Below are positions 9,468-17,300 of a stretch of 35,639 nt of DNA, piece after piece. The notes under the pieces are model-generated. The model ran no database searches. It saw only the letters and a list, made by a program, of their open reading frames with translations, and had not been told where the DNA came from. The number at the start of each line of letters is the position of its first letter. Positions within the stretch are counted from its first letter, which is position 1. This stretch comes from an uncultured Candidatus Peregrinibacteria bacterium (lineage in GTDB: Bacteria; Patescibacteriota; Gracilibacteria; CAIRYL01). Where the stretch lies: the NCBI GenBank assembly GCA_903882825.1, contig CAIRYL010000119.1:1-35639 (forward strand). Direction: 5' to 3'. The position numbers and the translations under genes are program-made.

Positions 9468-11792
9468 TTTTTCTCGAAGGGTACGGAGAACTTTTAATGA
9501 AATAATCTCTAAAAGGTCTTTGTCGGTCGCATTTTTTATATTGGCAATACTCCCAAATTTTTCTTTTAATATTTTTTTGGTTTTTCCTCCAATTCCAGGA
9601 ATTTCATCGAGAATAGATTTTTGAGCAGATTTTTCACGGTCGTTTCTGTTTTTTGTAATGGCGAAACGATGTGCTTCGTCTCGTATACGTTGGAGTAAAT
9701 ACCCTTCTGGAGAATCTTTCCCGATAGGAATTGGATTTTTTTGGTTCGGAATAAATACTTCTTCTTCTCGTTTTGCGAGTGAACACAGAGGAATATCTTG
9801 GTATTCTGTTTTTTCTAATACCTCTTTTACCGATGAAAGTTGCCCTTTTCCGCCATCAATGACAATAAGATCTGGGATTTCTAAAAAACTAGATTTTTTA
9901 TTTTGAATAAGCGATTTTGAAAAGAGACGTGTTTGTTCGTTTTGCTCTTCATCAAGAGAAACTTCTTCAAATCCATATTCTTCTACCAGTGGAATTTTGG
10001 AATCATTTTTTTGGAGAAGAATTTCGGCAGTTTTTTTCCCTTTAAGGTTGTTGAGAAAAGAAGTAATCAGAAAACGATCTTTTTCATCATCTTCTTTTGT
10101 TTTTCCCCAAAAGATAATACGTGCGGTGTCGTCTTTTTCTTCCCGTGCGATCCAATTTTTTCCATCATTTTCGCTCCATGGTTCGATGCACCAAATGTGT
10201 ACGACACTTTGTTTTTGAATTTTCCCCTCTGATGTATAAAAAATACAAGATTTGAGTATCGTATTTTCATCTGTTTGGATTGGAGTATAGAAGGAAAAAT
10301 CTTTTTTGGTAGTCAGTTTTTTCCATTTCCATTCTTCTGGAAATTTTTTAGGAAGACGCGCCAAACGACGAGTAAGGACTTCTTGTAATGACGCGAAATC
10401 ATTAATATCTCCTTTTTGAAGACTTTTAATAGAAAAATATCGATAATCGGATGGTTTTGGTTCTCCTTTTTCAAATACTACCATAGACGCTCCTGTTTCT
10501 GTTCCCGAAAAATGAGAAATATCATAACATTCTATGCGTTTTGGAAGATGTGGTAATTGGAGTTTTTGTTGTAAAATACTTAATACTTCATCGGTGTTTT
10601 GGGGTTTCTTTAAAAAGCTGGCACTGTTTCTTTTGGCATACGAAATGGCGTTTTGCTCGGCGAGTTCTAATAATTTTTTTCGTTTTCCTTTTTGTGGAAT
10701 AGAAATTTCTACTGTTTTTTCCCAACAAATTTTAAAATATTCTTCCCAGAGTGTTTTTTCTTCTGGGGTACAATATTTTCCATCTATAATTATTACTTTT
10801 GGAGGGTCAATAATACGGGTTGGATACTCTCGTAAAAATGATTGGAACGCTTCTTTTTCTTCCAATTGTAAAGTGTCTTCTGTGCCTGTTTTTTGAAGAT
10901 CGAGCGAGAAGGTTTCCGAATTAATAATTTTCCCATCTCGTACAGAAAATACATGAAAAAATGATCTTCCAAAGAGTTCTGTATTTCCAATAATATCTGC
11001 CGAAAACTCATCTGGGGCGCTTGCAAGCTGTGTTTCTGATATTTTTTGAACTGCAAAATATTGGTCTCGGACTTTTCCTGCTAATTCATATTTTCCTTCA
11101 CTCGCCAGTTTTTTCATTTTTTCCTCTAAATGTTTTAAAACATCTTTTTGATCACCTTTTAAAAACGAAAGAATGGCATCTATTTTTTTTCGATATTCGA
11201 CTTTTGAAATATTTCCAATGCACGGTGCATCACACTTTTTTAAATGGTAATGGAGACAGGGATATTTAAGGTTTCCAGCAGATTTTACCGTTACATTTCC
11301 AGGAGAATTTTCGGTAATATCTAATGGTGTTGTACGAATATGGAACAAATCTTGGAGTAAGTCGATGGTTTGCCAAACGCTACTGGTAGACGTTTTTGGA
11401 CCAAAATATTTGGAGCCATCTTTTATAATTCGTCTGGTGGGAAATACTCTGGGAAAGTCTTCTGCAATACTTACGGCAATATATATAAAATTTTTATCAT
11501 CTCGCAGTAAAATATTAAATTTAGGATTTTTTTCTTTTATGAGGTTGCTTTCTAGCACTAATGCTTCTATTTCGGAAGAAGTTTCAGTCCAAAAAATGTC
11601 TTCTGTTTTCTCAATGAGTTTTTGAATACGTGGGGAATGTTGTGCCGACGTTAAAAAATACGATTTTACTCTATTTTTTAAATTTTTTGCCTTCCCAACA
11701 TACAAGGTAACCCCTTCTTCATTTCGCATTTCGTATACGCCTGGAGTGTTGGGAAGTGCTAAAAGTTTTTGGGGAATGGTTTTTTGTGGCAT
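9462..11792 (-). CDS. uvrC: Excinuclease ABC subunit C (UvrC) with a roughly 150-aa internal insertion
   Basis: GIY-YIG N-terminus (GVYEMRNEEGVTLYVGKAKNLKNRVKSYF); Cys cluster (YPCLHYHLKKCDAPCIG); UVR-like helix (KYELAGKVRDQY); endonuclease domain (ECYDISHFSG, PDLIVIDGGKGQL, RDEAHRFAI); C-terminal HhH (IPGIGGKTKK). 776 aa against roughly 600 aa for typical UvrC. Confidence 0.93.
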   Translation of the reverse strand: MPQKTIPQKLLALPNTPGVYEMRNEEGVTLYVGKAKNLKNRVKSYFLTSAQHSPRIQKLIEKTEDIFWTETSSEIEALVLESNLIKEKNPKFNILLRDDKNFIYIAVSIAEDFPRVFPTRRIIKDGSKYFGPKTSTSSVWQTIDLLQDLFHIRTTPLDITENSPGNVTVKSAGNLKYPCLHYHLKKCDAPCIGNISKVEYRKKIDAILSFLKGDQKDVLKHLEEKMKKLASEGKYELAGKVRDQYFAVQKISETQLASAPDEFSADIIGNTELFGRSFFHVFSVRDGKIINSETFSLDLQKTGTEDTLQLEEKEAFQSFLREYPTRIIDPPKVIIIDGKYCTPEEKTLWEEYFKICWEKTVEISIPQKGKRKKLLELAEQNAISYAKRNSASFLKKPQNTDEVLSILQQKLQLPHLPKRIECYDISHFSGTETGASMVVFEKGEPKPSDYRYFSIKSLQKGDINDFASLQEVLTRRLARLPKKFPEEWKWKKLTTKKDFSFYTPIQTDENTILKSCIFYTSEGKIQKQSVVHIWCIEPWSENDGKNWIAREEKDDTARIIFWGKTKEDDEKDRFLITSFLNNLKGKKTAEILLQKNDSKIPLVEEYGFEEVSLDEEQNEQTRLFSKSLIQNKKSSFLEIPDLIVIDGGKGQLSSVKEVLEKTEYQDIPLCSLAKREEEVFIPNQKNPIPIGKDSPEGYLLQRIRDEAHRFAITKNRNDREKSAQKSILDEIPGIGGKTKKILKEKFGSIANIKNATDKDLLEIISLKVLRTLREKL

Positions 11793-11807
11793 ACTAAAAA
11801 CAATTGG

Positions 11808-11836
11808 TTGACAAAATTATACCAGTACGTTAAAAG
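11808..11836 (+). promoter_or_regulatory. Candidate sigma70-type promoter for the 11861 gene
   Basis: TTGACA (11808-11813), 17 nt spacer, TAAAAG (11831-11836), about 25 nt upstream of the ATG. The -10 is weak and the region is AT-rich, so a chance match is possible. Confidence 0.25.
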
Positions 11837-11860
11837 TATTTACCACATTTTTTTATAAAT

Positions 11861-13042
11861 ATGGCAGTGGGGAAATTTAAACAATTGGTACATACACTTT
11901 CTAAAGGGAGATTGTTTGGTGAAGAGATAAGAGCGGAAGAAAGAGCAATTGAGGCAGCGAAAATAGTGGAAATGAAAAAGCATGTATTACAGAACCAATT
12001 AAATAATATTAAGACGGGAATAAAAAATGCAATATCGAGGTTGTTGGATATTTTGGTTCCTATTCAGAATACAAAGTTGGATAACGAAAGTTTTAAACTG
12101 AGAAATACTTTTTATAGGCTAGAGAATTTTTTTTGTAGGGGTGTGGATGCTATAGCTTTTGGAACGAAAGAAGATGTGCAAGATATTATAAGTCATAATC
12201 CGTTCAAAGACGACCATTTATTAAAATCTTCTTCCCAATTACAAAAGGCATTACAAACTATAAAAGATGGCATTTTCGTTCAAATGGGAACAATAAAAGG
12301 ATTATTGCCGACTCATAATGTAGCGTTGTTAACACTTCTATTATCTGTAATCTCTGTGCCTCCAGACACAGTTAATGTACAGCCTGTTCCTGTCCAGACT
12401 TCATCAAGTTCTTCCTCTTCAGGACGAGAGACAGTTGATACAGGTACGTTAAATCCTTCCGCCTCAGAAGGGGATCATGCTCTAACGACTGTTGCTTCCA
12501 TTGCTGATGGAACGCAGGATTCTCCACCTCCAGCATTCCATGCTCCTGAACAACCAAAAAGAATCCCAATTACACCTCTTCAAAGTGAATCTATACAGAT
12601 CGTTGGAAATTTTTTTATTTCCAACGCTAAAAAAATTACCAAGTTTAAAGGAAAACCTCTTTCTGAAGACCCTTCCATTTCAATGGTTACATTTACTATG
12701 AATAATAAATCGGTGCAGTTAGGAATAAAGCCAGATGGGAAAGTATTTGCGATTGTTGATATGTTTGTAGAGAATTTAAATATTTTTTCTCCTCATGCGG
12801 TTATCTTTGACAGTAAACTTGCTAATAATGATGCATTTGAGCCTTCGAGACTTGTTAATTTGAATACTAGTAATAAAGATGAACCTTTAGATCCTACTGC
12901 AATCTCATCTAAGGAAGATGAACCTTTAGATCCTACTGCAATCTCATCTAAGGAAGATGAATATCCAAATTTTCGTGCAATGTCATCTCAAGCGGTCACA
13001 ATGGAAAAAATGATCGAATTTCTTAACACTCAAATATCGTAA
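11861..13042 (+). CDS. Hypothetical protein (orphan): helical N-terminus, S/P/T-rich low-complexity centre, tandem 13-aa repeat near the C-terminus
   Basis: 393-aa ORF with no motif I recognise. Contains a poly-Ser run (SSSSSSS) and the duplicated EDEPLDPTAISSK unit. No signal peptide is evident. Confidence 0.6.
   Translation: MAVGKFKQLVHTLSKGRLFGEEIRAEERAIEAAKIVEMKKHVLQNQLNNIKTGIKNAISRLLDILVPIQNTKLDNESFKLRNTFYRLENFFCRGVDAIAFGTKEDVQDIISHNPFKDDHLLKSSSQLQKALQTIKDGIFVQMGTIKGLLPTHNVALLTLLLSVISVPPDTVNVQPVPVQTSSSSSSSGRETVDTGTLNPSASEGDHALTTVASIADGTQDSPPPAFHAPEQPKRIPITPLQSESIQIVGNFFISNAKKITKFKGKPLSEDPSISMVTFTMNNKSVQLGIKPDGKVFAIVDMFVENLNIFSPHAVIFDSKLANNDAFEPSRLVNLNTSNKDEPLDPTAISSKEDEPLDPTAISSKEDEYPNFRAMSSQAVTMEKMIEFLNTQIS
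12878..12961 (+). repeat. Perfect 39-bp tandem duplication (2 copies plus 6 nt of a third) inside the CDS
   Basis: gatgaacctttagatcctactgcaatctcatctaaggaa occurs at 12878-12916 and is repeated exactly at 12917-12955, followed by gatgaa. The repeat is in frame. Confidence 0.95.
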
Positions 13043-13135
13043 TGGTGACCCCAAAAATATTATTATTGTAAAACACCATTTTGAATTTTTTTAAAAAAAA
13101 GCGTACAGTATATATGCCATTTTTTTGTTTTATTC

Positions 13136-14227
13136 ATGCTGTTTTCATTGGCTCACGTTTCTTATTTTGCCCAACAACTCGCGCGTCGTATGTACGTTTT
13201 TCCGCAAGGAGGAAGAATTGTATTTTTGCAAGGGGAAATGGGCACTGGCAAAACAACTATCGCCAAAACTATTGCAGAATATTTTGGAGTTTCTACTCTT
13301 ACTTCTCCTACTTTTACATTTTTACAAGAATATTTAGTAGAAGATTTTCATGATAAAAATGACGGTGTGGAGTCTCGTGTACAAAAAATAATTCATATCG
13401 ATTTACACCGCGCAGATGAAAATCGTGTGACAGAAATTATTGAAACCATTGAAGAATCATTTTCTCCTGAATATATATATCTTATTGAGTGGGCACCCAA
13501 ATTATTACAAAATTATTTTTCTCATCTTCCAGCGTTTTCTATTGATCTTTCTCATCCTGTAGATCCTCATTTTCGGGAAATAGAAATTTTATTTTATAAT
13601 CCAAACAGTGTTTCTGTGTTAAAGGCATCTCATTTTCTTTCTGAGTTTTTTACACCAGTGCACGTACAACGACATATTTCTATGGTTCAAAAGGTCGCTA
13701 TTTTTTGTGCTCAAAAACTAAAAGAAAACTATATTCCTATTGATGTAGAACTGGTAGAATCGGGTGCTATTTTACATGATTGTTTGAGATATACCGATTT
13801 TAAAGATTTAGAAAATTTTGAAAATTATGAAGAGGAAATAACAGAAGAAAAATTGAAGGTCTGGAAGCATTTCCACACACAATATCAAAAAACACATCAT
13901 GCTGATGCGATGGCAGATATTTTACAAAAAAGAGGATATTCTGCTACGGCACAAGTGGTACAAGCGCATAATACGGCTTCTATTTATAAAAATAAGCCAT
14001 TTAGCTGGGAAGAGCTTTGTGTACATTATGCCGATAAACGTGTTTTACACGATACCATTGTTTCTCTCGAAAGTAGATTATTAGATGGACGTGTTCGATA
14101 TGCATACGAACATAGCCCTCATTTAGAAGAGAAACTTTTTGCGCTTGAAAAAGATCTTTTTACCGCAGGAAATATTCTCCCAGAAGAAATTTCGGAGCTT
14201 TCATGCTCATCTCATACAGAAATATGA
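13136..14227 (+). CDS. tsaE: Fusion protein: tRNA t6A37 biosynthesis ATPase TsaE (N-terminal) plus HD-domain phosphohydrolase (C-terminal, YqeK-like)
   Basis: TsaE signatures: FLQGEMGTGKTTIAKTIAEYFG (P-loop), TSPTFTFLQEY, HIDLHR, LIEWAP. The C-terminal half has the HD motif (GAILHDCLRY), further His clusters (KTHHADAMADIL, VVQAHNT) and HYADKRV. Confidence 0.8.
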   Translation: MLFSLAHVSYFAQQLARRMYVFPQGGRIVFLQGEMGTGKTTIAKTIAEYFGVSTLTSPTFTFLQEYLVEDFHDKNDGVESRVQKIIHIDLHRADENRVTEIIETIEESFSPEYIYLIEWAPKLLQNYFSHLPAFSIDLSHPVDPHFREIEILFYNPNSVSVLKASHFLSEFFTPVHVQRHISMVQKVAIFCAQKLKENYIPIDVELVESGAILHDCLRYTDFKDLENFENYEEEITEEKLKVWKHFHTQYQKTHHADAMADILQKRGYSATAQVVQAHNTASIYKNKPFSWEELCVHYADKRVLHDTIVSLESRLLDGRVRYAYEHSPHLEEKLFALEKDLFTAGNILPEEISELSCSSHTEI

Positions 14228-14865
14228 TTTGTGATACATGTGGATCAACGATGCAGGATTCTGTAAAAACGTGTTCTTTTTGCGGAAATTTAGAGTCTAC
14301 ACTTCCGGTATTGGTGAAAAATTTTCTTGAGAATACGATTCTCAACAAAAAATATTATGCTGGATTTTGGGTACGTGCTATGGCGGTTTTTTTAGATAGT
14401 CTTGTTTTTTTAGGAATTGTTTTTATGTTGAGTCTTATTGGTATTTTTATTGCGAATATACTTGGTTTTCCATATTACAAAATAAGAGATGACATTGTTC
14501 TTGGGTGGATCGTGTTTTGTATTTTTGCGTATTTTGTGTATCGCATTTTTTTTACTGTGAAATACGGCGCAACTTTTGGGAAAGCCATCATGGGGATAAA
14601 AGTTATTTCCTTACAGGATAAAACATTATCGTGGGGGACGGTTTTTATTCGGGAAATATTTGGGAAATTTTTATCAGAACTCACCACCATTGGGTATGTT
14701 ATAACAGGGTTTACAGAAAAAAAACAAGCACTACACGATATGATAGTAAATACTACGGTTGTATATGATACAAATGCGCAAAACCAATACAAAATTTTTG
14801 TGTTACAATTTATAAAAATGTTGGGATTTGGAGTGTTTCTCTTTCTTTTATTGCTGTATGTCTGA
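14224..14865 (+). CDS. Zinc-ribbon / RDD-family membrane protein
   Basis: N-terminal CxxC...CxxC (MICDTCGS...CSFCGN), then YAGFWVRAMAVFLDSLVF (RDD-family signature) and 3-4 TM segments. ATG 14224 overlaps the upstream TGA as ATGA (14224-14227). The ORF track's ATG 14203 is also possible. Confidence 0.7.
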   Translation: MICDTCGSTMQDSVKTCSFCGNLESTLPVLVKNFLENTILNKKYYAGFWVRAMAVFLDSLVFLGIVFMLSLIGIFIANILGFPYYKIRDDIVLGWIVFCIFAYFVYRIFFTVKYGATFGKAIMGIKVISLQDKTLSWGTVFIREIFGKFLSELTTIGYVITGFTEKKQALHDMIVNTTVVYDTNAQNQYKIFVLQFIKMLGFGVFLFLLLLYV

Positions 14866-15907
14866 ACGTAAAACTCTTCTTCTTTTAGGGCATTATGGAG
14901 TTCCAAATTGGGGAGATGAAGCCATTTTAGCAGGAATTTTATCGGCAATAGATACCAGACATTGGAGAATGGTAGTTGCTACCAATAATCCCAAATTTAC
15001 GAAACAAAACCACGGAATAAAGGGCGTATATCCGCCACCGTTTGGGATTCGCTCTTTTTTTAAAGATTGGTTTGAATTTTTTAAAGAACTCAAAAGTGCC
15101 CATTTGGTGGCGTTTGGTGGTGGTGGACTCTTTCAAGATTCGCCTCCCAAGGCGTTTTTACTCTGGAAATGGTATTTTTCCATTTGTCGATTTTTTAATA
15201 AAAAAGTTATATTATTGGGAAACTCTTTTGAGCCGTTTAAAAAGAGTAAAAACCAAGCAAAAATGGAAAAAATTTTACAAGAAGTTCCGTTCTGTTCTGT
15301 TCGAGACGAGGCTTCTTCTCGAATGTTTCCAAAAAATATCCAGAGTAAAATTTCTATTTCAACAGATTCGGCATATTTTTTGCCGTTTGTACCTCAAAAA
15401 GGACGCAAAACAGAAATTCTCCTCTCGTTTCGGGAAGGGGAATTAACACCAGCACAGGAGAAAGGGATTTTAAAACTTTTACAAGAAGCGTTTTCGGATG
15501 AATGGAAGGCTGGAAAAGTAACGGTTCTTGCCATGCAATCGAATCAATGTGAAGATGAAGCATTTGCGAAAAGACACGGCTTACCGATCTTTATTCCGCA
15601 AAACCTACTGGAAGTACAAGAACGTATTGCGAAGGCAAAATATGTGTGTACCACCCGTCTTCATGCTGGAATTTTAGCCAGTATTGTAGAAACTCCGTTT
15701 ACTGCCATTGCCACGCGACAAAAAATTTCCCAGTTCTTTGGTGAAAAATTTTCTACCGTTCCACAAAAGTTTTTAAGCGCTTCGGGAAAGAAAAAATTTC
15801 TTCAGCAAATACAAAATATTTCCGCTTATAAAAAGGAAATTCTGGCTTTTGTGGAAGCACAAAAAGAGAAACTGAAACACTTTTTCCCAGAGTTTTTACG
15901 GGGATAG
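14858..15907 (+). CDS. csaB: Polysaccharide pyruvyl transferase, CsaB-like
   Basis: LLLLGHYGVPNWGDEAILAGILSAI, VAFGGGGLFQD, SVRDEASS and TTRLHAGILASIVETPF match the CsaB/pyruvyl-transferase pattern. ATG 14858 overlaps the upstream stop by 8 nt. Confidence 0.75.
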   Translation: MSERKTLLLLGHYGVPNWGDEAILAGILSAIDTRHWRMVVATNNPKFTKQNHGIKGVYPPPFGIRSFFKDWFEFFKELKSAHLVAFGGGGLFQDSPPKAFLLWKWYFSICRFFNKKVILLGNSFEPFKKSKNQAKMEKILQEVPFCSVRDEASSRMFPKNIQSKISISTDSAYFLPFVPQKGRKTEILLSFREGELTPAQEKGILKLLQEAFSDEWKAGKVTVLAMQSNQCEDEAFAKRHGLPIFIPQNLLEVQERIAKAKYVCTTRLHAGILASIVETPFTAIATRQKISQFFGEKFSTVPQKFLSASGKKKFLQQIQNISAYKKEILAFVEAQKEKLKHFFPEFLRG

Positions 15908-15926
15908 AATGTTTTTTTATCCATTT

Positions 15927-15959
15927 AAAAGGGCAGACTTTTGAGTCTGCCCTTTTTTT
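15927..15959. terminator. Bidirectional intrinsic terminator between convergent genes
   Basis: aaaa gggcagact tttg agtctgccc ttttttt: a perfect 9-bp GC-rich stem, 4-nt loop, a T7 tract on the + strand and an A4 (T4 on the - strand) tract on the other side. Confidence 0.85.
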
Positions 15960-15963
15960 GAGA

Positions 15964-15990
15964 CCCCGCTGGTTTTGTTAACCAACGGGG
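15964..15990 (-). terminator. Second hairpin, better formed on the minus-strand transcript (downstream of the SLH gene)
   Basis: ccccgctggtt ttgtt aaccaacgggg forms an 11-bp stem. The single imperfect position is C/A on the + transcript but G-U on the - transcript. There is no U-tract of its own; it sits just upstream (minus sense) of the bidirectional terminator. Confidence 0.4.
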
Positions 15991-16010
15991 TTGTTGGGGG
16001 AAAAGGTGTA

Positions 16011-17147
16011 TTACTCAATCGTACATTCCCTACTTCCCGTTCCACAGTTATATTTATGGTTTTTATCCTCAAAATAATACCCATCAGAACATGATTTTTC
16101 CGAAGAGAGGTATTTAAAAGTTGCAGAATCTGCATTTGGGAGAATTTCTCCCATCATGTAGACATTATTTTTGTCCTTTGCAACGGCAAATGCCAAATGT
16201 TGAAAAGAAACACTATCGGCTCCTTCTAGCTTTTTTGTTGCAAAATAAACCGAATTTTCATCTTTCCCATAGTATCCATTTTCAGACACACAAAGATCTG
16301 CCTCGTAAAATGTGAATGTTTGAGGGTCTGCACCTGGTAATGATCCATCTTCTGATGGGTTCCCACTAATGCGATCCGGCAACAGAAGAGAATATACTTT
16401 ACCAATTGTTATTTTATAGATATCTGTTTTATATGAATTTTTAAGGTATCGCACGATTTTTTCATTTTCTGGGGCTTTCCCTATTTTAATAGCGGCTATA
16501 ATTTGCGCCATATTTCCTCTGTTTATATAAAAATCACAATCGTATATTTGACAATCCGTCTTCCCATCTTTTATGAAGATAATACTTCGAGGATCCTTCT
16601 GGAGGTATATTTGTGATATATAAGAAAATTGTTGTAATTTTTCTTCAAATGGATAATACCATAATCCTTCTGTCGATTCCTTGGTGTATTCTACCAGAGT
16701 ATTCACCGCCATTTTCAGGGCTTCGCCGTAAGATACATTTTGCCCAGGTCGAAATGTCCCATCTGTGTAGCCTTTTATAATATTTTCACTTTTTGCAATG
16801 CACACATATTTTGCAAACCATGCATCTCTTGGGACATCGCTAAAATAAATATATTTCTCATTACTCGAAATTTTATTAGTAATACAATTATCAATTGTAT
16901 CTCGAGAGAACTGAGTTTCAACCAAAATTTTTAAAAATTCTGCTCGATTAATGAGATTATTTGGTTTAAAAGTCCCATCTTGGTATCCATTTGCCAAACC
17001 TTCTGACTTTATAAATTCTACTGATCTAAAAAAATCAAATCCATCATTATCTTTCGATACATCCGAGAAACTTTGCGCCAACGCAGATGGAGAAGAAAAA
17101 AGGACAAAAACCAGTGCAATACTGGCAAGGAAGGGAGAACGGAACAT
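16011..17147 (-). CDS. Secreted cell-wall-associated protein: signal peptide, 2 SLH-like domains, C-terminal DKNYY-type repeats
   Basis: Signal peptide MFRSPFLASIALVFVLFSSPSALA. SLH-like segments: FSDVSKDN...GLANGYQDGTFKPNNLINRAEFLKILV and FSDVPRDAWFAKYV...IIKGYTDGTFRPGQNVSYGEALKM. C-terminus: GKDENSVYF...GADSVSFQHL...KDKNNVYMMGEILPNADSATFKYL...FEDKNHKY. Confidence 0.7.
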   Translation of the reverse strand: MFRSPFLASIALVFVLFSSPSALAQSFSDVSKDNDGFDFFRSVEFIKSEGLANGYQDGTFKPNNLINRAEFLKILVETQFSRDTIDNCITNKISSNEKYIYFSDVPRDAWFAKYVCIAKSENIIKGYTDGTFRPGQNVSYGEALKMAVNTLVEYTKESTEGLWYYPFEEKLQQFSYISQIYLQKDPRSIIFIKDGKTDCQIYDCDFYINRGNMAQIIAAIKIGKAPENEKIVRYLKNSYKTDIYKITIGKVYSLLLPDRISGNPSEDGSLPGADPQTFTFYEADLCVSENGYYGKDENSVYFATKKLEGADSVSFQHLAFAVAKDKNNVYMMGEILPNADSATFKYLSSEKSCSDGYYFEDKNHKYNCGTGSRECTIE

Positions 17148-17300
17148 AGAAAAGGGAAAAAAGAAAAAAGGTGTCTGATATTATAGTCGAAAAAGAGTTA
17201 CACTTTTACAACTCTAAAACTCCCTTTATCCTACAAAAAACATGTAGCAAAAACTACCCATTTTCCGCTACTCTTGCTTCTGCTTTTATTGTAAAAAAAT

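Noticed and set aside
12878-12961. The tandem 39-bp repeat could be a mini CRISPR array or a regulatory repeat.
   Set aside because: The copies are directly adjacent with no spacers, lie in frame inside a long ORF, and encode a duplicated 13-aa peptide. No cas genes are present.
13041-13079. The aatggtg ... caccatt inverted repeat after the orphan gene as a terminator.
   Set aside because: It has only a 7-bp stem with a roughly 25-nt AT-rich loop. That is too weak to call, although a T-run follows.
14475-14948. A 157-aa minus-strand ORF opposite the RDD/CsaB junction.
   Set aside because: It is antisense to two well-supported, translationally coupled genes. Its composition is typical of a shadow ORF.
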